Shown: positions 9,050-17,107 of the stretch, in pieces | How positions within the stretch are numbered: the stretch's first letter is position 1 | How the letters are laid out: each line of letters starts with the position of its first letter | Translations under genes and position numbers: made by a program | Notes under the pieces: generated by a model | Databases searched by the model: none | What the model was told of the DNA's origin: nothing | What the model saw: the letters and a program-made list of their open reading frames with translations, nothing else | From: Methanosarcinales archaeon | GTDB taxonomy: Archaea > Halobacteriota > Methanosarcinia > Methanosarcinales > Methanogasteraceae | Reading direction: 5' to 3' | DNA length: 28,977 bases | Assembly (NCBI GenBank): GCA_030640725.1 | Contig: DAOWIV010000047.1 | Coordinates: forward strand, 1-28,977

Positions 9050-10653
9050 CAGTCATACATCTCGTCGCGTTCGCCTGCATCGAGTTCTGCGACAATGGTC
9101 TTCACATCACCGATACTGATGACCTTGCCGTTTCGCATCAGGGCTGCACGGTCGCAGACATCTTCAACAAAGTCCATGTCATGCGACACGATTATGAATG
9201 TCTCACCAAGTTCCTCTCTCGCCTCAAGGATCGATGTTGTCACGTCCACCCGGGTCACCGGATCCATCGTTCCGGTTGGCTCGTCAAGAATGATGATTCT
9301 CGGCTCCTTGATCAGCACCTGCGCCATTGCAACACGGTGCGCCTCTCCAACACTCAGTTCATCAGGCATCTTCTCGAGAACCTCACGCGCCCTCTCTTCG
9401 GTGAACCCGGCGGTTTTCAGGACGATAATGGATTTTCGCTCACCCAGTTCACCGGGAAGTTCCAGCCCGATCGATTCGGTCAGGTTATCGAGCACGTTCC
9501 TGTGTGGATAGAGTGAATACTCCTGATGCAGAAGTCCGATGTGCTTGACGGCTCGTCCTGCCCGCTCAGCGCCTCGATCGGTCAGATCGATCCAGTCATC
9601 CCCAATCCGGACATCGACATCTCCTGCTGTTGCATTCACCGAACCATTGAGGATCTTTGATGCAGTGGTCTTTCCTGCGCCGCTGACACCGACGAGACCA
9701 AAGATCTCGCCTTCACGTACCTCAAACGAGGCGTTATCCACCGCACGCACGACGCCACGGTCCACCGAGATGTAAGTCTTCTTCAGATCCTTAACCCTGA
9801 TGATCGGCTCTCCGATATCTGCCGTGAATGAGCCGACCGTGCCGACCATGCTCATGAACCGTTCGACGACCGTCTTTGGGTCGCCCTGTTCGATGATCTC
9901 GCCTTCCTCAAGCAGGATTGCCCGGTCAGCCAGTTCTTCGATGACGCCGGACCAGTGCGAGGTGATCGCGAGCGTCATGCCGAAATCATCCTTTGCATGT
10001 GTGATACTCTCATGCACAGCCTCAGCGGTCCTCCGGTCAAGCGTTCCGGTGGGTTCGTCTGCAAGAAGCACCATCGGAGCCTTGGCAAGCTGCCGCGCAA
10101 GCACAACACGCTGTTTCTCGCCGCCGCTCAGTTCTCGTGCAACATGCATCATCCGGTGCGAGAGATTCACCTGTTCAAGTAAATCAGCCGCCACATCAAC
10201 AGCCGATACGGCGGGATGCCCGATCTCGACGAGCGCATTGATCACGTTTGTGATCACACGTTCGTCCCCATACAGCGCGAAGGTGCGCTGGAGCATGATT
10301 GCAATCCGGTTTGCAATGCTCCGCCGCAGCGGACTATATTTGTCAAGCGTTACAAAATCGCCGTCGATCGGTGTGAGTTTTGTCTCGCACTTCGGACAGG
10401 GTTTTCCTATCTTGCTCGGCGGTTCGACATGAGCACAATTCTCACAGTATGCAACGTGATAAATAACCTCTCCGGAACTCATCTCGTGCTCTTTGATTCC
10501 TCTTAATAGATGCATCAGCACAGTCTTTCCTGCGCCGCTGCGTCCGAGAATCCCAATACATTCACCTTCTTCTATTGTTAGATTGATGTCTTTCAGAACC
10601 TTTTTGCCCTTGAATTCCATGTCCAGGTTCTTGATGTCTATGAGGGCTGCCAT
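9049..10653 (-). CDS. atwA: Methyl-coenzyme M reductase system component A2 (double ABC ATPase)
   Basis: Two Walker A motifs (GRSGAGKT, GVSGAGKT), signature LSGGEKQR, a Cys insertion CENC..CPKC and no TM segments. AGGAGG RBS. Confidence 0.95.
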   Translation of the reverse strand: MAALIDIKNLDMEFKGKKVLKDINLTIEEGECIGILGRSGAGKTVLMHLLRGIKEHEMSSGEVIYHVAYCENCAHVEPPSKIGKPCPKCETKLTPIDGDFVTLDKYSPLRRSIANRIAIMLQRTFALYGDERVITNVINALVEIGHPAVSAVDVAADLLEQVNLSHRMMHVARELSGGEKQRVVLARQLAKAPMVLLADEPTGTLDRRTAEAVHESITHAKDDFGMTLAITSHWSGVIEELADRAILLEEGEIIEQGDPKTVVERFMSMVGTVGSFTADIGEPIIRVKDLKKTYISVDRGVVRAVDNASFEVREGEIFGLVGVSGAGKTTASKILNGSVNATAGDVDVRIGDDWIDLTDRGAERAGRAVKHIGLLHQEYSLYPHRNVLDNLTESIGLELPGELGERKSIIVLKTAGFTEERAREVLEKMPDELSVGEAHRVAMAQVLIKEPRIIILDEPTGTMDPVTRVDVTTSILEAREELGETFIIVSHDMDFVEDVCDRAALMRNGKVISIGDVKTIVAELDAGERDEMYD

Positions 10654-10729
10654 CTACGTACCTCCTATGTTTTGGAACGGTAAGCGATATCGATCATATT
10701 TGCTTAACAATCCCTACATCAATCGTACT

Positions 10730-10741
10730 ATATTAAACTTT
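10730..10741 (-). promoter_or_regulatory. BRE-TATA promoter of atwA-mmp3-mmp6
   Basis: AAAG-TTTAATAT abutting the moaA stop codon. Confidence 0.6.
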
Positions 10742-11664
10742 CACACATCAGGGCTGTAATACGGCTTTCGCATGGCGACTGCCTTCTCAAGCAGGGCATG
10801 CATCGCATCTTCAGTCGCGTCAGATATGTCAACGAGACCGTCGTTACTGAGCAGGCACCCCTTTAATTGCCCACATGCGGTCACACGCAGCCGATTGCAG
10901 TTTGCGCAGAACTCCGAATTGTCGATCGGTCGCACGACTTCGACCTCGGCTCCGTCGATCAAATATTTCTTGCGGCGGTGCATCTCTCGCGTAACAACAG
11001 TGGACGCCCGTGCGCGCAGCATGTCTTCGATGCCACCCATATCAACACGCCCGGAAACTCCTGTAAAATCCATAAGTTCAATGATCTGGAGTATAACATC
11101 CCCGGACTCTCGTGCGAAATCGATCAGGTCCCATATCTCGTCGTCGTTTGTGCCACTCAGTAGCACCATATTCAGCTTGACTGGCGTAAGCCCCGCATCC
11201 ACAGCAGCAGCGACGCCGTCCAGCACCGAATTTAGCATATCGTGCCCGGTGATACACCGGTACCGGTCAGGCTGCAGCGTGTCAAGCGATATGTTCACTC
11301 GGTGCAGACCAGCCGCCGCAAGATCGTGCGCACATTCCGAAAGAAGCGTCCCGTTGGTCGTTACAGAGATATCCTTCATGCGCGGAAGGTTGCTTATGAT
11401 ATCTGCAAAATCACTGCGGAGGAGCGGTTCACCTCCTGTGAACTTGATCCTGCGCACGCCGTGGGCAAGCGCAGCACGCACAAGCACTGCGATCGTCGCT
11501 CTACTAATCTCGCTTTGCGCACGCGCCGGTGTGTGCGGTGATATCGATTCACCCTCCCCGTGGCAGTAAATGCAACTCAGGTTACACCGCTGCGTAATGG
11601 ATATGCGCAGGCTTGTGATTTTGCGGTTGTACGGGTCGATTAATGGGGCGTGTATGTTTTGCAT
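10741..11664 (-). CDS. moaA: GTP 3',8-cyclase (radical SAM, molybdenum cofactor biosynthesis)
   Basis: LRISITQRCNLSCIYCHGEG, IKFTGGEPLLR, VNISLDTL and the second cluster motif FCANCNRLRVT..G.LK.CL. Confidence 0.95.
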   Translation of the reverse strand: MQNIHAPLIDPYNRKITSLRISITQRCNLSCIYCHGEGESISPHTPARAQSEISRATIAVLVRAALAHGVRRIKFTGGEPLLRSDFADIISNLPRMKDISVTTNGTLLSECAHDLAAAGLHRVNISLDTLQPDRYRCITGHDMLNSVLDGVAAAVDAGLTPVKLNMVLLSGTNDDEIWDLIDFARESGDVILQIIELMDFTGVSGRVDMGGIEDMLRARASTVVTREMHRRKKYLIDGAEVEVVRPIDNSEFCANCNRLRVTACGQLKGCLLSNDGLVDISDATEDAMHALLEKAVAMRKPYYSPDV

Positions 11665-11778
11665 GTCTTATGTAGCCGACATCTCGCACAACTAACCATC
11701 AATTGTTGCCCTGGATGCACTACCAAACAACCCGCTCACCAAAACACATAACACGAATACTCGCGCATTTACGCCATT

Positions 11779-13083
11779 ATGACTATCATGCGAACTCATT
11801 ATGCATCCGGGATCATGCCTGAGATGGATGGCGATACCGTCACGGTCGCCGGCTGGGTACACGAGATCCGCGATCTTGGAGGGATCTGCTTTCTTGTGCT
11901 GCGAGACCGGGAAGGATTTATACAGGTCACTATGGTCAAGAAGAAGACCGATCCAGACCTCTTTGACATGGGCAGAAGACTGAACCGAGAATCTGTAGTT
12001 CTGGTAACCGGGGTTGTGAAAGAGGCAAAACAAGCTCCAAATGGATACGAAATCATCCCACAGAGCGTGGACATGCTTTCGGAGGCGGAATCCCCTCTGC
12101 CTATGGATGTCACCGAAAAGGTCGGGGCAGACATCGATACACGCCTTGATTCAAGGTTTATAGATCTGAGACGAAGAACGACGCTTGCAGTATTCGCGAT
12201 CCGCAACCACGCCTTGAAAACGGTTCGCGATTTTCTTGCAAGCGAGGGGTTCATCGAGATTCACACTCCGAAGGTGGTTGCGGCTGCGACAGAGGGTGGC
12301 ACGGCGTTGTTCCCGATTACCTACTTTAACAGAGAAGCATTCCTTAATCAGAGTCCGCAACTGTACAAACAGATCATGATGTCAGCGGGTTTCGATCGAG
12401 TGAGTGAGATCGGAGCGATCTTCCGTGCTGAGGAGCATGACACCCTGCGGCACCTCAATGAGGCTACGTCGATCGATATCGAGGCGAGTTTCATGGATCA
12501 TTCGGATGTGATGGAGATTCTTGAGCGATTGGTTCATGACGTGTATGTGGGCGTGTCGCGCCAGTGCGTGCCGCAGTTAGAAGCGCTCGGGGTCGAGCTT
12601 GCCGTGCCCGAACTGCCGTTTCGGCGGCTGACTTATGATGACGCGCTTGAGATCGCACACCAGCAGGGGCACGAGATCGAGTGGGGCGATGACTTTGGCA
12701 CTGTTGCCGAGCGCGCTGTGGGGAGTGCAGTCGGCGAGCACTATTTTATCACCGATTGGCCCTTGCATATCAAACCGTATTACACCCGCCCGCGTGAGGA
12801 TGATTCGCGCTACAGCAAATCGTTTGACCTGATGCACCCGCGCATGGAACTTGCATCGGGTTCGCAGCGTGTCCACTCTCACAGCCTGCTGTGCCAGAGG
12901 ATTGTGGCATGCGGACTTGACCCCGACGGCTTTGATTTCTACCTAAAAGCGTTCAGGTACGGAATGCCTCCTCACGCTGGATGGGGGCTTGGTGCAGAGC
13001 GACTGGTCATGACCATGCTTGGCGTCGAAAATATCCGTGATGTGGTGTTGTTCCCCCGTGACCGAAAACGCCTCTCGCCTTAG
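11779..13083 (+). CDS. aspS: Aspartyl-tRNA synthetase, non-discriminating (Asp/Asn) type
   Basis: OB-fold [32 protein letters not shown] and [15 protein letters not shown]. His in WVHE and Pro in QAPNG are the residues associated with non-discriminating archaeal AspRS. Confidence 0.96.
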   Translation: MTIMRTHYASGIMPEMDGDTVTVAGWVHEIRDLGGICFLVLRDREGFIQVTMVKKKTDPDLFDMGRRLNRESVVLVTGVVKEAKQAPNGYEIIPQSVDMLSEAESPLPMDVTEKVGADIDTRLDSRFIDLRRRTTLAVFAIRNHALKTVRDFLASEGFIEIHTPKVVAAATEGGTALFPITYFNREAFLNQSPQLYKQIMMSAGFDRVSEIGAIFRAEEHDTLRHLNEATSIDIEASFMDHSDVMEILERLVHDVYVGVSRQCVPQLEALGVELAVPELPFRRLTYDDALEIAHQQGHEIEWGDDFGTVAERAVGSAVGEHYFITDWPLHIKPYYTRPREDDSRYSKSFDLMHPRMELASGSQRVHSHSLLCQRIVACGLDPDGFDFYLKAFRYGMPPHAGWGLGAERLVMTMLGVENIRDVVLFPRDRKRLSP

Positions 13084-13113
13084 TTATTACGGGTTAAAAT
13101 ACAATTATACGCC

Positions 13114-13129
13114 CGAAATCCTTAATAAT
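13114..13129 (+). promoter_or_regulatory. BRE-TATA promoter of cdc6
   Basis: CGAAATCC-TTAATAAT about 45 nt upstream of the GTG start. Confidence 0.55.
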
Positions 13130-13171
13130 GATGCAGTTGAAGTGAATTTAGCAACATCTGGAGGGTGCTTT

Positions 13172-14434
13172 GTGAGAAATACATCTATAGCGGAAGTTAT
13201 CGAAGGATTGCTTGAATCGAAATCGATGTTCCGGAACCGGGATGTGCTCCGTTCGACATACATACCGGAGTACCTCCCACACCGGGACCGTGAGGTTGAG
13301 GCGCTCCTCAAAATTCTGGTCGTAGCACTACGTGGGGACACTCCGTCAAACATCCTGATCTATGGGAAGACAGGGACTGGAAAAACGGCAGTTACTACAC
13401 ACGTTGGGGACGAACTCGAGAATGTGGGGGAAAAGCGCGGGATACCGTGCAAGGTTCTGTACATGAACTGTGAGGTCATTGATACCCAGTACCGGCTACT
13501 CGCCAACCTGGCGCGGAGTTTTGGCAGGCGGATTCCGATGACCGGATGGCCCACCGATCAGGTATACTCTGAATTCAGAAGTGCGGTCGATTCGACGGAA
13601 CAAGTCGTGGTCATCATACTCGATGAGATCGACAAATTGATAAAGAAAGGCGATGATGTGTTATATAGCTTGTCAAGAATCAATTCCACGCTAAACCACG
13701 CTAAAGTCAGTCTTGTGGGGATTTCAAATGATTTGACGTTCACAGAGTTCCTTGATCCAAGAGTCAGAAGCTCTCTTGGGGAAGAGGAGATTGTTTTTCC
13801 GCCGTACAACGCTGATCAACTGGCAGACATCCTGCGCCAGCGCGCCGAGATGGCGTTTGGCAACGGATCGCTCAGTGACGATGTGATCTCACTGTGCGCC
13901 GCACTTGCGGCAAGAGAGCATGGTGACGCACGCAAGGCGCTCGACCTGCTCCGGGTCTCGGCAGAACTTGCCGAACGGGACGGTTCGATGATCGTGCATG
14001 CGGCAAACGTCAGGAAGGCGCAGTCCAAGATCGAGTCTGACCGGGTTGCAGAAGTCGTAGTGACGCTTCCGACCCAGTCGAAACTGCTGCTGTACGGCAT
14101 CACAATACTTGATAGAGCCACTGAATCGATGCGGAAGCCAAGTGGCAGAAAGATCATGTCCACCGGCGAGGTTTATCGAATCTATAAGCGCATGTGCGAT
14201 GTGCTCGATCTTGATGTGCTGACACAGCGGCGAATCACCGAACTGATCTCAGAACTCGATATGCTGGGGATCGTGAATGCCACAGTCGTCAATCGCGGGA
14301 GATATGGCATGACCAAGGAGATATCGCTCGAAACGCCGGCTGATCACGTCCATAATATGCTGATCACAGACACCCGCCTGCAGCCGCTCATTGACATGAA
14401 ATTCAACTCGTTCCAGACGCAACTTGGGAGGTAA
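13172..14434 (+). CDS. cdc6: Orc1/Cdc6 replication initiator
   Basis: LPHRD, Walker A GKTGTGKT, Walker B ILDEID, RVRSSL, HGDARKALDLL and a winged-helix end with VNRGRYG. Start corrected to GTG 13172 after a GGAGGG RBS. Confidence 0.95.
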   Translation: MRNTSIAEVIEGLLESKSMFRNRDVLRSTYIPEYLPHRDREVEALLKILVVALRGDTPSNILIYGKTGTGKTAVTTHVGDELENVGEKRGIPCKVLYMNCEVIDTQYRLLANLARSFGRRIPMTGWPTDQVYSEFRSAVDSTEQVVVIILDEIDKLIKKGDDVLYSLSRINSTLNHAKVSLVGISNDLTFTEFLDPRVRSSLGEEEIVFPPYNADQLADILRQRAEMAFGNGSLSDDVISLCAALAAREHGDARKALDLLRVSAELAERDGSMIVHAANVRKAQSKIESDRVAEVVVTLPTQSKLLLYGITILDRATESMRKPSGRKIMSTGEVYRIYKRMCDVLDLDVLTQRRITELISELDMLGIVNATVVNRGRYGMTKEISLETPADHVHNMLITDTRLQPLIDMKFNSFQTQLGR

Positions 14435-14511
14435 TGGATGGGATATCCTCGTGAGTTTGCCTGCAGGTCTTTCAATGGCAAAAATTGCATGATCGTTGAG
14501 GGGGCAGGGAC

Positions 14512-14541
14512 TTTTTAACTGCGTCTGGCAAGTTAAAAAAA
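14512..14541. terminator. Putative bidirectional terminator between convergent cdc6 and cooC
   Basis: Perfect 9-bp inverted repeat TTTTTAACT / AGTTAAAAA, giving T-runs on both strands. Confidence 0.5.
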
Positions 14542-14620
14542 TACGATGGAACGTATATTGCGCAGGACCCGAAACAACGAACACCTGCCCCTTAAACCCG
14601 CAAGCTGCACCAACCGCAGT

Positions 14621-15364
14621 TCATATTCCGAGCAACTCGCATATCCTCTCGATCTCCATGACCGCGCTCGAATCATCGGGCAGATCGATCAGCGGTGTTC
14701 CGTTGAGATCGTAATCCGCAAGCTTTGCGTCAAACGGGATCGTTCCGGCGATCTCAAAGCCGAGTTCTGATGCCTGCGTCACCAGATTCTCTTTATTTTC
14801 GGGCGTAACCTTATTCAGAATGATATACATTTTTTTGAATCCGAGATCAAGTTCGGCAACAAGATCGCGTATCCGCTCGGCGGTTGTCAGACCTTTGCGC
14901 GAGCCGTCGGTCACCACCAGCAGGCGATCCGGATCGCGGATGATCTTCCTGCTGAGATGCTCCATGCCGGCTGCGGTGTCGATGATCACAAGATCGTAGT
15001 TCTTCGTGATCCGGTCCATGATGCTGCGCAGCAGGTTGTTTGCATAGCAATAGCAGCCGGCTCCGTCCGGCCTCCCCATCACGAGCAGGTCGTAACCAGC
15101 ATTCTCGATCAGTATCTCGTATATCCGGGATTCGAGCAGCCGCATCTTGTCGATATCGGGCGGGAGATCGCCCATCAGGAGCTCCCTGACATCACCCACG
15201 GTTCGGTCAGCGGTCTCGCCGAGTGCCTCAGGAAGGTTGGTGTCAGGGTCGGCATCGACCGCAAGCAGCACCCGACCTGTGCGCACGATATGCCTGATCA
15301 GCAGCGTGGCAACCGCGGTCTTCCCTGTTCCGCCCTTTCCTGTGATTGCGATGGTTGTTGTCAT
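14621..15364 (-). CDS. cooC: CooC/AcsF-type nickel-insertion ATPase (CODH/ACS maturation family)
   Basis: ITGKGGTGKT, AVDADPDTNL, MGRPDGAGCYC (CxC) and DTAAGMEHLSR motifs. Confidence 0.9.
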   Translation of the reverse strand: MTTTIAITGKGGTGKTAVATLLIRHIVRTGRVLLAVDADPDTNLPEALGETADRTVGDVRELLMGDLPPDIDKMRLLESRIYEILIENAGYDLLVMGRPDGAGCYCYANNLLRSIMDRITKNYDLVIIDTAAGMEHLSRKIIRDPDRLLVVTDGSRKGLTTAERIRDLVAELDLGFKKMYIILNKVTPENKENLVTQASELGFEIAGTIPFDAKLADYDLNGTPLIDLPDDSSAVMEIERICELLGI

Positions 15365-15416
15365 GCCACATTCTCCTCAATGCGAGGGGCATAAGGTTTT
15401 CTGATCGACCGGAACT

Positions 15417-15638
15417 TCAGCCTCGCGAGATGATGTGAAACCGGATCAGGTAGATGCAGACCACGATCACACAAAACGAGAAGATCGCACGGAAGATCGA
15501 TGCGTACTGGTACTCAAACCACGTACCGATCACATCCTGTACCGAGAAATAGAAGTGGAGCGTGGCAACGAGCATAAGAAACATCGCTATCACGAACATT
15601 CCGGTTCTGAATTTGCTTTCAAGATTGTTATCAGCCAT
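15417..15638 (-). CDS. Small two-TM membrane protein of unknown function
   Basis: 73 aa with two hydrophobic stretches. TAATG stop-start overlap with the upstream gene. Confidence 0.7.
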   Translation of the reverse strand: MADNNLESKFRTGMFVIAMFLMLVATLHFYFSVQDVIGTWFEYQYASIFRAIFSFCVIVVCIYLIRFHIISRG

Positions 15639-16591
15639 TAGTCCTCCCTCCTTCTGATACGGGTAAGTACGGCGACCATAATCGTAATTGCAGCCAGCAT
15701 AGAGGTAAATCCGGGGGTTTTCTTCATCCCAGCTGTTCCTTCCCCGTAATCCCTCGATTCCGGTTCTGGCATGAAATCATCGACCCGAATCTTGTCTGAG
15801 ACGATCTCTTCGTCCTTCGGGATCGTGCGCTTCGGGTTGAGCTGCACCACACCCTCTCCGCGCTCAACGATGGTATCGTTCTTCCAGATCAGCGCCTCAA
15901 CGATGTAATTGTAGCCATCCGGAACCGCGATCTCACAACTACGGATGATCGTTGTCTCTTTCTTGATGCTTCCGGTTGTGATCCAGACCTTGTCGGCAAG
16001 CAGTCCTGCATCGACCTCACGGGCTTTGACGAGCATCGACAGGTTCTCACTCGTGGAGTCGCCCTCGTTTGTGAGGTAGAGATCCACACCAATCACGACT
16101 CTTGAATCGGTCACATTCTTCACCAGAAAGTCCATCTCCTGAATCCTGATACCTATATCATGGATATTTGGGGTCAGATCGCCGATACCAGAGATTTGCA
16201 TCGATTGTCGCCTCAATCGCCTATCCTCTTCGAATAAAACAACATCGATCCGATAGCCGCCCTCTCTCCCGACACTGATCAGTTGTGATACCGGCAATGT
16301 TTTATCCTTGTCGATGCTTCCGGCAGAGGTCGTTGTCTCGCCCACAAGGAGTCCTGATGCAGAATCAAACGCTTTTAAGATTAGTTTTGCTTCCCCACTC
16401 TCACCATCCCCCCGGTTCTCGACATAAGTCGTCACATTCAGCAGAACGTCGGTGCTTGTGACCCGCTCTGGCGATATATCGGTCTCTGCGATCGTGAGCC
16501 GGCTTTCTTCAAAATCCCGGAGACACCCGCAGGTCATGAGCGATATGATGAGTATGGTGCATAAGAGTGCGATTCTCGTTTTTCGGCGCAT
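15638..16591 (-). CDS. Surface protein with N-terminal lipobox and C-terminal PGF-CTERM sorting signal
   Basis: Signal peptide ending LMTCGC, two internally repeated beta-rich domains, then TPGF, a TM helix and RIRRR. Confidence 0.85.
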   Translation of the reverse strand: MRRKTRIALLCTILIISLMTCGCLRDFEESRLTIAETDISPERVTSTDVLLNVTTYVENRGDGESGEAKLILKAFDSASGLLVGETTTSAGSIDKDKTLPVSQLISVGREGGYRIDVVLFEEDRRLRRQSMQISGIGDLTPNIHDIGIRIQEMDFLVKNVTDSRVVIGVDLYLTNEGDSTSENLSMLVKAREVDAGLLADKVWITTGSIKKETTIIRSCEIAVPDGYNYIVEALIWKNDTIVERGEGVVQLNPKRTIPKDEEIVSDKIRVDDFMPEPESRDYGEGTAGMKKTPGFTSMLAAITIMVAVLTRIRRRED

Positions 16592-16906
16592 TGTTATTGA
16601 TTATCTGTTAGAGTGTAATAAATGTTGTTTTATGTGCGAAATTGGTTTGTAATTTCCATGAGAGGTAATCAAATAGTTGAACGGTAGCTACGAGGGCAGG
16701 ACGGTTCAAGGAGGCACATAAGGTTTTTCCTCGAATTTCGATATACTTTGCGAGGATGTGATGGCTGTGCATGAATATGCACAAACAAAGGTGAAATTGG
16801 CGTCAAGGGCGCGGCGGAACAAACCTATCCGGGAAGGAAATTCCCAAAAATTAATATCCAACCATAGTTTATTTCAGTAGGTAATATATAAAAATCTGGT
16901 TAAAAT

Positions 16907-17053
16907 CACGAATGACACGAATTTTACGAACCACACGAATCACCACTTTTACGAGTGCATGGAAAGCACGCACACCGGAAATTTCAGAAATACGCGGTGT
17001 GTGCCAATGAACAGGACAAATTCGTGGCATTCGTCCGATTCGTGCCATTCGTG
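16907..17053. repeat. 147-bp MITE/REP-like element with 4+4 inverted 9-bp-period repeats
   Basis: YACGAAY at 16907, 16916, 16925 and 16934. ATTCGTS at 17020, 17029, 17038 and 17047. Inner 9-bp stem at 16969-16977 / 16995-17003. Confidence 0.85.
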
Positions 17054-17107
17054 TTAAATATCTTGCACCAACACATTATATGAGCGGTGGCAGGTCAGGA
17101 GAACTCC

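Noticed and set aside
9049-10653. ABC transporter
   Set aside because: There is no permease or binding protein. The Cys insertion and adjacency to markers 3 and 6 identify component A2.
10772-11569. Long antisense ORFs (for example 10772-11569, 9800-10432, 20841-21443, 24726-25412, 27541-28071)
   Set aside because: They are Ser/Thr/Arg-rich shadows of well-supported genes on the other strand, with no motifs or RBS.
13081-13125. Pyrrolysine read-through at TAG stops (aspS, the small acidic protein, the Mrr-like gene)
   Set aside because: aspS is complete at its TAG and its in-frame continuation is only 13 codons. No methylamine methyltransferase or pyl genes are present.
13019-13171. N-terminal extension of Cdc6 in the ORF track
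   Set aside because: It overlaps the aspS 3' end and the cdc6 promoter. The RBS and homology point to GTG 13172.
13084-14620. Replication origin next to cdc6
   Set aside because: Both flanks are short (88 and about 185 bp), with no multiple ORBs, G-strings or extended AT-rich unwinding element.
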